From Lingula anatina (Eukaryota > Animalia > Brachiopoda): a stretch of DNA of 64,000 nt. Positions 24,851 through 37,437 of this stretch are shown here, in pieces. Made by a program: the position numbers and the translations under genes. The first letter of the stretch is position 1, and each line of letters starts with the position of its first letter. Where the stretch lies: the NCBI GenBank assembly GCA_051362555.1, contig JBPQGU010000016.1:1550001-1614000 (forward strand), given 5' to 3'. The notes under the pieces are model-generated. The model worked only from the letters and a program-made list of their open reading frames with translations, ran no database searches and was not told where the DNA came from.

Positions 24851-26866
24851 AAGACCCACAGACACAATTAAGGATATTTTTGTGTCTATGAAAATAACGA
24901 TAACAAACATAACTCCTGCATTAAGATTATGTGTGTGTCATGTCGGCACGCAGTCCAATATACCAGCTTTGGCAACCCGATCGGTACTTCTCATGTTATT
25001 ATTTAATTTAACACGAACAAGATGAAGTACATGTAACACTGACATCATTATTTCACGGAACCTAAAGCACGAATCGGATGCCGTAAATCACATAACGTTA
25101 TAGTATTGGGTTGCCTTTGATGCCGTCTGTCATTTCCTTCAAAAGACAGTCATAATGGCTCATGGATTAACATTACTGTTAATTGAGACTTTAAAAGCAT
25201 TTCATACTTTCGGTAAGGTGTGTAATGCCTCAGTTACACCTGAATCTCCTATAATGATAACCTGAAGAAAAAGAATACCCGCTTCTACGAATAACTGACA
25301 AATTTGGAAATGCTTTGATTAATGACATAATATAATGTAAAATTATGCAAAGTCTTCAGAACTTTTTTGTGGAATTTCAAAGACGTAACAGATATATAGA
25401 CCTATCATTATCCATTATCATTATCGTTCAGTCTGATTTAGTCTAATCGATGTTCCGTGTTGTGCATAGTATTGATTTCGGCATCCCTGCCCAGAGGGGG
25501 CCTGTTCTTCGGTCAGGAATGTTCTAAATTTGTTCAACGAATAGAACCATCGAAATTTATATATATGTGTGTAAATTTTGTACAATTTGAGTATTTTTAA
25601 AACAAACCTTCGGACCAAGAACCTTCGATATACCGCCACTCACCCGTGCCAGGTAAAGTGTGGGTCGGGGAAAAGTAAGTCAATTATTTTAGTTAGAAAT
25701 GAAATCCAATTAGAACCATTGAGATTTTAAAACTTAACGTTTTAGTTAGAGAAATTATAAATACTATCTATCATGCAACACAAAGGAATTACACAATATA
25801 CACAAAATACGGGAATTATCGTATTACAGAGTGCGTAGTGATATTCCAAATAAAATTGTGATAATTTTTTCATTCCTAATTTATGAAGCTGTCCATTTTG
25901 AATATTTTATATAAGTGTTTTCAAATGATAACAGCAGCATCAGATATGATCCACCCACTTGTTTTTGAAAAAAATGGTCACTTCTTATCTCTATGAAATG
26001 TAACAGCCTTTTCCATTTTGCGGTGAAAAAAAATTAAAAAAAAAAAAACAAAACAAAAAAAAAAAAAAAAAAAAAACGGCGCAGCTACCGTGGTAAGATT
26101 AAAGTCGGGTTAAGTTGGAGTGTCGGGTGCACTGGAATGACAGCACGCTCGTAAAGGTGTAGTACTAGTTCCTCAAGCAACGTCGATCTACCAGCGAATG
26201 AGTAAACTTGCACAATTGTTCATATTGATTAAGTACCGAACACGGAAAAGCAGTTACAAGAAAAAAAAAAAAAAAAAAAAGATCAATAACATGATGTAAT
26301 CTGACAAAAAAACACGGTAAAAAATTAACATCTTTTTATTCAGTTTCAAACAAAATATAAATATATGTACATGTTGTATAAAATATGCCAATCCCAATCC
26401 GTACAACGGGCCGAATTAAGTCTTTGAAGCCACTGTGAGACCAGAATTGTAGCCGCTTAGAGATCAAATTGCTGTCCACTCCCACAAGTGCGACGGTAGC
26501 ACTGCAATGGACGTCTGATTAAAAGTAACATGTGACGTATCTAATTTAAGTTTCAAAATGTTCATCACGTAAAAACTTTCTTCAAACGCTTAAATAGCAG
26601 TTCCACATTCAATGGTTGTAATTTTTTCTTTTTTCTTTTTTCATCTATATATAAAAAGCATATATTTACTCGAACCAATACTATGAATACATTAAAATAC
26701 TCCAGCCAATAAAGTAAAAGCATAAACGCATGCTAACAATAGGAACGACAAATAATATACAATGGTATCGCTACATAAACAACTAAGATTTTCACTCACG
26801 AAACGATAAAAATGAATTAAAATTACGTTATCTAAACCAAACTGGACGATAATCTACAAATAATGA

Positions 26867-27041
26867 TCCACAGATTCGTGAGGAATCTCAACTATTACAA
26901 CCCTGAGATGTTTGAGAAATCTCACATATCACAACCCACAGATGTGTGAGACATCTCACCTATCACAACCTACTGATGTGTGAGGAATCTCACATATCAC
27001 AACCTACTGATGTGTGAGGAATCTCACATATCACAACCTCT
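26867..27041. repeat. 34-bp minisatellite, about 5 units
   Basis: Unit tcacaacccacagatgtgtgaggaatctcaccta. Confidence 0.9.
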
Positions 27042-27546
27042 GAATGACAAATGATTTACAACTGGGGAGAGCTGTATACAGGAGAAACCCACGTCCAGGT
27101 GATTAACAACAACTGAGACAAGAAAAAATGGAACATGTAAAGTAATGTAAGTTCGATGTAAGTTACTATAATTGGGCTTGGGGATTGCGACCAAGCTGGC
27201 TAAATACTACTCGCGGTTACAGGATTTCAATTACGGTTTTGGTTCCAGAAGTAGCAGGGGCGGATCCAGAGATCTTTTATGACAATCTTCCAAATTATCT
27301 TTGTTGATACATCTCCATTTTGACCGTCTACCGACAGAAGAAGGTAGATGCTCGTCACTGTAAAATCTGACCGGCGTCCGGCAAACCAAGAAGAAGTCCC
27401 CTGAGTAGTTCATGTAGTAGCAGTAGAAAACATTAGCAGTTATAACATTTGAGGCTTCTTGGGCAATATGACTACTATTATTTATTCACATATTTATATT
27501 TCATGATTGTTTAATGATATTGCACATGCCTGATTTTTCATTCTGG

Positions 27547-27845
27547 TATCGGCTGCGGTTGTCGAGGAAATTGTAAAAACCCAAGGAATGACGAATGTTT
27601 CTCGCTTTCTTAGAGGGTGAAACCTTTCCCCAGCAGTAAATGTACCCACTGTCTGTGTCGTATGAACCGCGATACATGGCATCGAATACATCGGCATCTA
27701 TCAGACATGTTTCATTTTTGTCAAACAAAGCGGTATGCATTATGTATTCCTGAATTAATAATAAAGTCTAGTTACTTTTGGTTCAGTTTCATTCTTTTTT
27801 TTTTCCAACAGGTAGTCCGAAATTAACAATGATGCTCTTAGCATA
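27547..27845 (+). pseudogene. Duplicated, disabled 3' part of the Cys-rich gene in unit 2
   Basis: Homologous to 20707-21004. The acceptor is changed to ctgg, and a 1-nt deletion (tgtttct-cgc) gives an early TAG. The 5' exons were not duplicated. Confidence 0.65.
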
Positions 27846-28155
27846 GAATGAAGATCGAGAGGAAATTATTGAACATTAAAAAGAAAATTGTCATGTTCTT
27901 ATATTTAAAAGAACAAAACGAAATAAGCCACAGCGAGACTAGCAAAATAAATAAATATATAAATAAATAAATAAATAAATAAATAAAAACTTAATGATGG
28001 ATCAGTACCTGGGCAGCGGCCATCAAGAAAAATACATTATGGAGAGATCCATAATCCCCAGCATCTAAAGTGTATTTGTTAAATGGATTATACATGCAGT
28101 TAATATGCATACCATGATTAAAAAATATCAAAATCACTGCTAAAAACACAATGAT

Positions 28156-28205
<50 letters not shown>

Positions 28206-29331
28206 AAAACAAAAAAAAACAAAAAAAAAAAACAAAAAAAAAAAAAAAAAAAACGCATAATTATAAGCATATATTAGACGTCTCCACAAATCGATAATGT
28301 ATGCTGATATGTTAAATTTACATCAATGTTCTTCGTGAAATTCGACAGTAATTACACGTTTTCAGCCTCGACAGTCCTCGGCACACGACACGGGAGCTGA
28401 TACAACATGTACCCAATGCCAAGGCCACAGACTAATTATGTATATTTTCCTTGGGTGCGAACAGCAGAGGATCGTGTCATGGATAAGCCAGTGTCTAAGT
28501 TCTGTGAAAATCTAGCAAAAAAACAATCTGCGACCCTGGTCAAGTGTTGGCAGCTGAGAGGGCTTGGACTTTTGAAAGTCAAATTTACACTTAAACATAT
28601 AACGCCACGGGTCGTAGTAACGTTAAGGTGCATGTACACAATACCCCACCCCCACCCGTCGCTAACACCTTTGTTAAGATACAGTTATCCATTGATTTTC
28701 TTGTTGCATTATAAGCACCACTATCACGAATATTCATATGATACATATAATTTGTAAATCTTACCAGACATCGACGCTTCAGGTATCAAAACTATGATTG
28801 ATTCACAGTATAGATTAAATGCACATACATATATAATATAACAAACAAGCAGGAAAAAAGACATAAATGAAGAATTTCTGTGCGCCTTTCATTGTCTAGG
28901 ATTTCATCCATCAGTCCTGCTGGTAGTAGCAAGCAATTTGAAAAGGCGGGGGCTTTTTCTGAAACAAAGGTTCATTTTGCCCAATAGTTCATCCTTAGAA
29001 ATGGCAGAAAATTATCTAGACTGTTTTTTTATTGAGGGTGGACATTTGCCGGCAAAAAAGGGCAGTCCTAACTAACCCCACCCTTACAACTCCAAACTAC
29101 ATGCAGTTGTTTAACATGGGCAAATGAATACGAAATATAGAATATGCACAAAACACAGCATTATCTTTGTAGACTGCCGTTTATGAAATCATGAACAAAA
29201 CAAAGTGACGGATGATCTGAATGTTTTACACACATGTAAATGTTTCAGTTGACCCATGAAAACGAATGGGTAGTGTATGCAGGTACATATCAAATGATGA
29301 TAAGGAGATACCTTATTGTCAACACAATCAG

Positions 29332-29554
29332 CCCAGCGGGCAAAATGTGTTGTTTTAACATTGAAACAACGTTGAACCATAACGTTGATAAGACGTTGGA
29401 TAAACATTGGATTTGAAAGTTGAATCAACCTCAGATAACAACATTGTATCAACCCCAGTTGTTAGACAAGATTCTTGCATGAAAGGACATTGAAATGACC
29501 TGAGGGTAGGGTATAAAAGTATGGCCTTTAAGTTAAAATTTCCAAGGTTTAGAG

Positions 29555-29641
<87 letters not shown>

Positions 29642-30132
29642 TGTAACAAAGTCACAGTCACCCCAACCTGTCTATGTATAACAGGTTACCAAGAACTGTT
29701 AACTTTATTAATTCACTCCATCACATTAACAGCAACTTATTCATCCTAGTGTTAGCTGAGCCGACCTTGCAAGGAGTTCAGTTTATTGGAATACATTTCT
29801 GAATAACAAGTTAAGAAAACTGACTAGTTCACTAAAGACACAAAACAACTGTCACTTTTACTTTTAACACTTTTCTTGATTATTTTGATAAAGTTAGTTA
29901 CAGTATTGATAAACAAAGTATCACGTTTTCAACAATTAATATTTTAAAATATTATCCAAGTCTGCAAGGTTGTGTCAATGACCAAAATACAACGTTGAGT
30001 CAACGTCACATCATGACGGTGTTTCGACGTGGCTAGATCAACGTTGATTTTACGTTGAATTTAGGTAGATCAACGGCAATTCAATATATCAACCAGTTTC
30101 AACGTTGATCCAACGCAACTATGCCTGCTGGG
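29332..30132. mobile_element. CACTA/EnSpm-like non-autonomous element (801 bp), unit 2 only
   Basis: cccagcgggca...tgcctgctggg termini, 2-bp TSD (ag), caacgttg subterminal repeats and internal (TA)n(GT)n. Empty sites are present in units 1 and 3. Confidence 0.85.
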
Positions 30133-30137
30133 AGGAC

Positions 30138-31412
30138 TCAAATAAAATCATCAATTGTACAATAAATGTCTTCTTCATTATCGCCGTCATCATATATTGT
30201 ATCATATATTGTGTCATAAGTGTCGAGATTATCGTCATTGATACTGGGAATCGGAGGTGGAATATCGTTTGCTTTACTGATACTGGGGACCGGGTGTGGA
30301 ATACTGTTTGGTACCATTGAAGATTGGCGATATCGGTACTGTCTTCTCTTGCAAACGTACAACAGCGTTACTCCCGCCACTACGGGGATCAACAAAGCTA
30401 AAAACACCACAACTACCACGACTGTTGGCATACCGTTTTCTCTGTCTGTTTTCTTGATATATTTTTGGATGTTTCCACAAGTTCCTTCCTCTTCATACGC
30501 CAAGTGTTTCAAAAAAGACGCGTTGCAACGACAGTCCAAGCTATCACCGGGTCCAAAGTTTAGATACAATGTTTTTTTAGCGTTTACACTGATCTGAAAT
30601 AGTGGACATTTATCTAAAGATTCTGAATCCTGACGACTGAGATCTGATAAATCAAGATGTGCCAACAATGACATATCTGGCGGTATGCTTACCAATTTGT
30701 TCCCAGACAAAAACAGCTGGTCAAGCTTTTTTAGACTGCGGAAAAGAGAAAAGTTAAGAACACGGATGGAGTTATTTCTTAAAGCCAGACTTTGCAAGCC
30801 TCTTAAATACTTTATTCCAGGCGGAACCTCTGTTAGTAAGTTGTTATCCATTTCCAGATTCCGCAAAACGGTAAGATTACGAAATGCCTGCGGATCGACT
30901 GCACTGATTGAGTTGCCGTTCAAGTATAACCGCTCAAGACTGGTAAGGTATCGAATATCGAAGGGCACCTGTGTGAGTCTGTTCCTCATGAAAGGCAAAG
31001 TATCAAGACGCTGAAGATTTTGCAATAATCCAGGTTCGACATCGCGTATCCAATTCATGTACAGAGCAAGGTGGGACAAATGGACCAATCCTCTCACCTG
31101 TGACGGAACGTTTTCGAGGAAAGTGCCGGACAATGAGAGCGATCTTAGGTCTTTCAAGTCAGCCAACGCTGTCGTATTTTCAAGTTTAACTCCGGACATA
31201 TAAAGCATCAGGATAACACTTTTGTTAACAAATGTTGGAATTGTCCGTAGATCTTTGCAATTAGTCTGGTATCCCAGTATCCCATCTAGTTTGGCGCTGA
31301 GACAAGAACAGGGTGGCAGACAAGGATCTTGCACCAGGGTCACTGCTACCATCACATGGACGGCTAAACACAATACAGCACCCTTTAGAACGCCCTGTCC
31401 TGTGAGCAGCAT
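30138..31412 (-). CDS. LRR type-I transmembrane receptor copy 2 (424 aa, Tyr-motif tail)
   Basis: Same architecture as copy 1; the tail ends DTYDTIYDTIYDDGDNEEDIYCTIDDFI. Confidence 0.92.
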   Translation of the reverse strand: MLLTGQGVLKGAVLCLAVHVMVAVTLVQDPCLPPCSCLSAKLDGILGYQTNCKDLRTIPTFVNKSVILMLYMSGVKLENTTALADLKDLRSLSLSGTFLENVPSQVRGLVHLSHLALYMNWIRDVEPGLLQNLQRLDTLPFMRNRLTQVPFDIRYLTSLERLYLNGNSISAVDPQAFRNLTVLRNLEMDNNLLTEVPPGIKYLRGLQSLALRNNSIRVLNFSLFRSLKKLDQLFLSGNKLVSIPPDMSLLAHLDLSDLSRQDSESLDKCPLFQISVNAKKTLYLNFGPGDSLDCRCNASFLKHLAYEEEGTCGNIQKYIKKTDRENGMPTVVVVVVFLALLIPVVAGVTLLYVCKRRQYRYRQSSMVPNSIPHPVPSISKANDIPPPIPSINDDNLDTYDTIYDTIYDDGDNEEDIYCTIDDFI

Positions 31413-33856
31413 GACGGAAACAGCCTATCGGGTGAACTTGTTGCTCAATTGTTTTTCAGATTAACGACTTAAATCCTGTCTGATTAAAGCGTTCATGTAT
31501 GATAATGGATTATGGCGATCTACTCTTCTAAAGGACCAGTTTGTTTCGTTGATAAAGAACTGTCTGTTTCTAGCGATCTGCTATGTTTCTAACTGAAGCT
31601 GTTTGTCACAGATTCATGTGGTTCTACAGCATAAAGGAAATAAAAAATTAAATTCCAAATAAGAGCTCATTCCCACTAAAACTATAGTTCTTCATAGCTA
31701 GGTCCATTTCTGCAGGTTTTTCGTTGAATGCAATCACATTAACTGATTGACAGATTGACAAGACTCCACCTGATATTGAGTAGAATGATAAAAAAGCTGG
31801 TGATTACACAAGTAAATTGGGAACAAGAGGGGCGTGTTATAATCTCCAATCTGATTGTACAATTCGGCAAGAGTCCCCGCAATTTGGATCGATCTCCGTA
31901 AAACGGTGCTTTTAATGGGAAAATCCCTGCAAGGCCACATAAAGAATCTGTGTCCGTCAAATTACGAATATTTTTTGTATCCAAGAAAAATAAGAGAACA
32001 TGCAAACTTAACCCCTGCTTAAAATTATGTTAAATCCACCCAAGATGTCACGTCGGCACTCAGTACATCCTATTGCAATGGTGCCTCTGTTACTGCTTGG
32101 AATATACCAGCTTTGGCAATCCGATCGGTAACACTTATGTTATTATTTAATGTAACACGAACAAGACGAATTACATGTAACAATGGCATTAATTATTTCA
32201 CGGAAATCACGAATCGGATGCCATAAATAACAAAACGTTGTAGTGTTGGGTTGTGTTTGATATCGTCTGTCATTTCCTTCAAAAGACAGTCATAATGGCT
32301 TAACATTAGTGTTAATTGAAACTTTAAAAGCATTTCTTACATTTAGCACGGTGGGTAATGCCTCAATTGCATCTGAATCTTCTATAATAATTACCTGCCA
32401 AAAAAAGAATACACATTTCAAGGTATAACTGACAAATTTAGCAATGCTTTGATAAATGACATAAAAAATGTGGAATTATGCAAAGTCTTCTGAGCTTTTT
32501 TTATGGAATTTCAAAGACGTAAAAATATATATAAACGTATCAATATCTATTATTATTTTCGTTCAGTCTGATTTAGTCTAATCGTAGTTGTTCCGTGTTG
32601 TGCAGAGTATTGATTTTGGCATGCATGCCGAGCGAGGACGTGTTCTTCGGTCAAATATGTGCTAATGTTCAACGAATAAAGCCATCGGAATAGTAAAGTC
32701 TGGGTCGGGGAGAAGTAAGTTAATTATCTTATTTATAAATGACAGCCAATTAGAACCGTCGATATTTTAAAACTTAACGTATTAGTAAGACAAATTATAA
32801 ATACTATATCTTTCATGCAACACAAAGGAATTACACAATATACAAAAAGATCGGGCATTATCGTATTACATAGAGCGTAGTGATATACCAAATGAAATAA
32901 TGATAATTTTTTTATTCCTACTTTATGAAGTTGTCCATTTTGAATAGTTTTAAGTGTTTTCAAATGATAACAGGAACATCAGATATGATCCACCCAATAG
33001 TTTTGAAAAAAAAAGATCACTTCTTATCTTCATGAAATGTAATAGCCTTTTTCATTTTGCGGTGAAAAAAAAAAAAAAAAAAACACGGCGCAGCTACCGT
33101 GGTAAGATCAAAGTCTGGTTAAATTGGAGTTTCGCGTGTACTGGGATGACTGTACGCTCGTAAAGGTGTAGTACTAGTTCCTCAACCAACGTCGATCCAC
33201 CAGCGAGTGAGTAAAACTTGTACAATTGTTCATATTGATTAAGTACCGAACACGGAAAAGCAGTTACAAGAAAAAAGATTAATAAAATGATGTAATCTGA
33301 CAAACAAACATGGTAAAAAATTAACATCTTTTTATTCAGTTTAAAACAAAATATAAATATATGTACATGTTGTATAAAATATGTCGATATCCATCCGTAC
33401 AAAGGGCAGAATTAAGTCTTTGAATCCACTGTGAGACCAGGATTGTGGTCGCTTAGAGATCAAATTGCTGTCCACTCCCACAAGTGTGACGGTAGCACTG
33501 CAATGGATACCTGATCAAAATCTAATTTAAGTTTCAAAATGTTCATCATGTAAAAATTTCTTCAAAAACCTAAATAACAGTTCCACATTCAATGGTTGTG
33601 ATTTTGTTTTTTTTTGTTTTTTCATCTATATATGAAAAGCAGATATTTACTGGAACCAATGCTATGAATACACTAAAATACTGCAGCCAATAAAGTAAAA
33701 CCATAAAAGCATGCTAACAATAGGAACGTGTGCTATCGACAAATAATATACAATGGTATCGCTACATAAACAACTAAAATTTCCACTCACGAAACGATAA
33801 AAATGAATTAAAATTACGTTATCTAAACCAAACTGAACGATAATCTACAAATAATA

Positions 33857-34421
33857 ATCCACAGATTCGTGAGGAATCTCAACTATCACAACCTACAGAT
33901 GTGTGAGGAATCTCACCTATCACAACCCACAGACATGTGAGGAATCTTACATATCACAACCCACAGATGTGTGAGGAATCTCACCTATAACAACCCACAG
34001 ACATGTGAGGAATCTTACATATAACAACCCACAGATGTGTGAGGAATCTCACCTATAACAACCCACAGATGTGTGAGGAATTTCACCTATAACAACCCAC
34101 AGATGTGTGAGGAATCTCACATATCACAACCCACAGATGTGTGAGGAATCTTACCTATCACAACCCACAGATGTGTGACGAATCTCACCTATCACAACCC
34201 ACAGATGTGTGAGGAATCTCACATATCACAACCCTAAGATGTGTGAGGATCTCACCTATAACAACCCACAGATGTGTGAGGAATCTTACATATCACAACC
34301 CACAGATGTGTGAGGAATCTCACCTATAACAACCCACAGATGTGTGAGGAATCTTACATATCACAACCCACTGATGTGTTGGGAATCACACCTATCACAA
34401 CCCACTGATGTATGAAGAATC

Positions 34422-34425
<4 letters not shown>
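33857..34425. repeat. 34-bp minisatellite, about 16-17 units, followed by (TA)n
   Basis: Head-to-tail units of tcacaacccacagatgtgtgaggaatctcaccta without spacers. Confidence 0.95.
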
Positions 34426-34499
<74 letters not shown>

Positions 34500-34501
<2 letters not shown>

Positions 34502-35099
34502 AATAGTAGTGCCTGTAACAATGTGATCTTCACAGATAAATACAGATTCCTACTTCACCCATATGATGGCTGTCTGCGAATGGGTCGCCTTACTGGAAAA
34601 TAGAAGTTACAAGAAATTGATTGTACAAGAAACCGAGGTCGCTGGAGGCGGATCTGTTCATGTTTGGGGCGCTATTTGTTCCATCGGTTTCAGCCAAATG
34701 GTCACTGTATATGAAAATGTCAACGTCGTGGGGCACAGGGATATCTTTCAAAATAATTTTATCCAATATGCATGCGCGATATTGGCATGGCCTTAGCATG
34801 ACAGTGCTGCCCGCCGCACTGTTGACTTGGTTAGGGTTTAATAAACAAAAACAACACCTGGTACTGTTACTGTTACTGTTAAAAAAGTACTCTTTTGGGG
34901 GTCATGAAAAGAAAAAAATAAATAGATTAACGCTTTTATCACATTTGCATTGTTTGTTTCTCCTTGACTTTACCAATCCTCCAGCTTCACATATTTAACG
35001 GTAAAATCAGTATTAATTTGATAATATCAACAATAATGAAAGAAACAGGGCGATATGCACCCCAAAATTTCCGTGCACCAACCATTTTGGGCAACAGTG
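34500..35099 (+). mobile_element. Tc1/mariner transposon 3' remnant
   Basis: Decayed DDE-domain peptide GGGSVHVWGAICSIG...QNNFIQY, then HDSAA (QHDNA-like). It ends ...ggcaacagtg|TA at 35099-35101. Confidence 0.75.
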
Positions 35100-36162
35100 T
35101 ATTAGACGTCTCCACAAATCGTTAAGGTATGCTGATATGTCAAATTTACATCAATGTTCATTTTGAAATTCGACAGTAATTACACGTTTTCAGCCTCGAT
35201 ACTTCTCGGATCATGACACAGGACCTAATACAACACTAACCCTCTGCTAAGGCCATGGACTAATTATGTGAATTTTTCTTCGGTGCGAACAGCAGAGAAT
35301 CGTGTCATAAATAAGCCAGTGTCTAAGATCTGTGAAAATCTAATAAAAAATCAATCTGCGACCCTGGTAAGGTAATGGCAGCTGAGAGGACTTGAACTTT
35401 TAAAAGGCAAATTTACATTTAGACAAGTCATTTAAATATAACGCCACGGGTCGTGGTTACATAAAGGTGCATGTACACAATCCCCCAACCCAACCCCATC
35501 CGTAGCTAACACCTTTGTTAGTATAGCTGTCCATAGATTTTGCTCGTCGCATTATAAGCACCACTGTCACGAATATTAGAATATGATACTCGCGTATAAT
35601 TTGTAAATTTCACCAGACATGGACGCTTCGGGTATCAAAACTATGATTGATTCACAGTATAGATAAGATGCACATATTATATAACAAACAAGCACGATAA
35701 AAGACAATAATAAAGGATTTCTGTGCGCCTTTTCATTGTAAATAATTCCATCCATCAGTCGTACAGGTATACAGTAGCAATCAATTTGATAAGGCAGGGG
35801 CTTTTTCTGAAACAAATGTTCATTTTGCTTAGACAGATTTTTGATTGAGAGTGGACATTAGCCAGCCAAAAAGGGCAAATCTTACTAACCCCACCCTTAC
35901 AACTCCAAACTACATGCAGTTGTTTAACTTGAGCAAATGAATACAAAGAATATAATATGTACAATGTACAGTATGTCTTTGTAGACTGCCGTTAATGAAA
36001 TCATGAACAAAACAAAAAGACGGGTGATCTGAAAGGCTTACATACATGTAAATATTTTAGCTGCCCGACGAGTCTTGTATCGTTGACCCATGAAAACGAA
36101 CAGGCAGCGTATGCATATCAAATGATGATAAGGATATACTATATTGTCAACACAAGCAGGAC

Positions 36163-37437
36163 TCAAATAAAATCATCAATTGTACAATAAATGTCTTCTT
36201 CATTATCTCCGTCATCATATATTGTATCATATATTGTATCATAAGTGCCAGGATTATCGTCATTGATACTGGGAATCGGAGGTTGAATATCGTTTGCTTT
36301 ACTGATACTGGGGACCGGGTGTGGAATACTGTTTGGTACCGTTGAAGATTTTTGAGATCGGTCCTGTCTTCTCTTGCAAACGAACAACAGCGTTACTCCC
36401 GCCACTACGGGGATCAACACAGCTAAAAACACCCCAACTACCACGACTGTTGGCATACCGTTTTCTCTGTCTGTTTTCTTGATAATATTATGGATGTTTC
36501 CACACGTTCCTTCCTCTTTATACGCCAAGTGTTTCAAAAATGACGCGTTGCAACGACAGTCCAAGTTATCACCGGGTCCAAAGTTTAGATACAATGTATT
36601 TTTAGAGTTAACACTGATCTGAAATAGTGGACATTTATCTAAAGATTCTGAATCCTGACGACTGAGATCTGACAAATCAAGCTGTGCTAACAGTGACATA
36701 TCTGGCGGTATGCTTATCAATATGTTCCCAGACAAAAACAGCTTTTCAAGATTTTTTAGACTGCGGAAAAGAGAAAAGTTAAGAAGACGGATGAAGTTAT
36801 TTCTTAAAAACAGATTTTGCAAGTCTCTTAAATACTTTATTCCAGGTGGAACCTCTGTAAGTAAGTTGTCATCCATATTAAGATCCCGTAAAACGGTGAG
36901 TTTCTGAAAGACTTGCGGATCTACTGCTTTGATCGAGTTGCCGGTCAAGTATAAACGCTGAAGACTAGTAAGGTATCGAATATCAAAGGGCACCTGTGTG
37001 AGTTTGTTCCTCATGAAAGACAAAGAATTAAGACGCTGAAGATTTTGCAATAATCCAGGTTCTACATCGCGTATCCAATTCATGGAGAGAGAAAGGTAGA
37101 AAATATGAACCAGTCCTCTCAACTGTGGCGGCACGTTTTCGAGGAAAGTGCCGTACAATGAGAGCGATCTTAAGTCTTTCAAGTCAGCCAACGCTGTCGT
37201 GTTTTCAAGTTTAACTCCGGACATAGAGAGCATCAGGATAACACTTTTGTTATCAAATATTGGGATTGTCTGTAGATTTTTGCAAACAGTCTGGATTCCC
37301 AGTATCCCATCTAGTTTGGTGCTATGGCAAGAACAGGGTGGCAAGCAAGGATCTTGAACCAAGGTCATTGCTACCATCACATGGACGGCTAAACACAATA
37401 CAGCACCCTTTAGAACGCCCTGTCCTGTGAGCAGCAT
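36163..37437 (-). CDS. LRR type-I transmembrane receptor copy 3 (424 aa, Tyr-motif tail)
   Basis: Same architecture; tail GTYDTIYDTIYDDGDNEEDIYCTIDDFI. Confidence 0.92.
   Translation of the reverse strand: MLLTGQGVLKGAVLCLAVHVMVAMTLVQDPCLPPCSCHSTKLDGILGIQTVCKNLQTIPIFDNKSVILMLSMSGVKLENTTALADLKDLRSLSLYGTFLENVPPQLRGLVHIFYLSLSMNWIRDVEPGLLQNLQRLNSLSFMRNKLTQVPFDIRYLTSLQRLYLTGNSIKAVDPQVFQKLTVLRDLNMDDNLLTEVPPGIKYLRDLQNLFLRNNFIRLLNFSLFRSLKNLEKLFLSGNILISIPPDMSLLAQLDLSDLSRQDSESLDKCPLFQISVNSKNTLYLNFGPGDNLDCRCNASFLKHLAYKEEGTCGNIHNIIKKTDRENGMPTVVVVGVFLAVLIPVVAGVTLLFVCKRRQDRSQKSSTVPNSIPHPVPSISKANDIQPPIPSINDDNPGTYDTIYDTIYDDGDNEEDIYCTIDDFI

Noticed and set aside
33857-34425. CRISPR-like array of ~34-bp repeats
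   Set aside because: Units are contiguous with no unique spacers, there are no cas genes, and the context is eukaryotic; it is a minisatellite.
23305-37357. Repeated plus-strand ORFs opposite the LRR genes
   Set aside because: Antisense shadows that recur only because the sense genes are duplicated.
23181-37437. Calling the LRR genes Toll-like receptors or VLRs
   Set aside because: There is no TIR domain, no GPI-type stalk and no flanking LRR cassette library; they are plain type-I LRR-TM genes.
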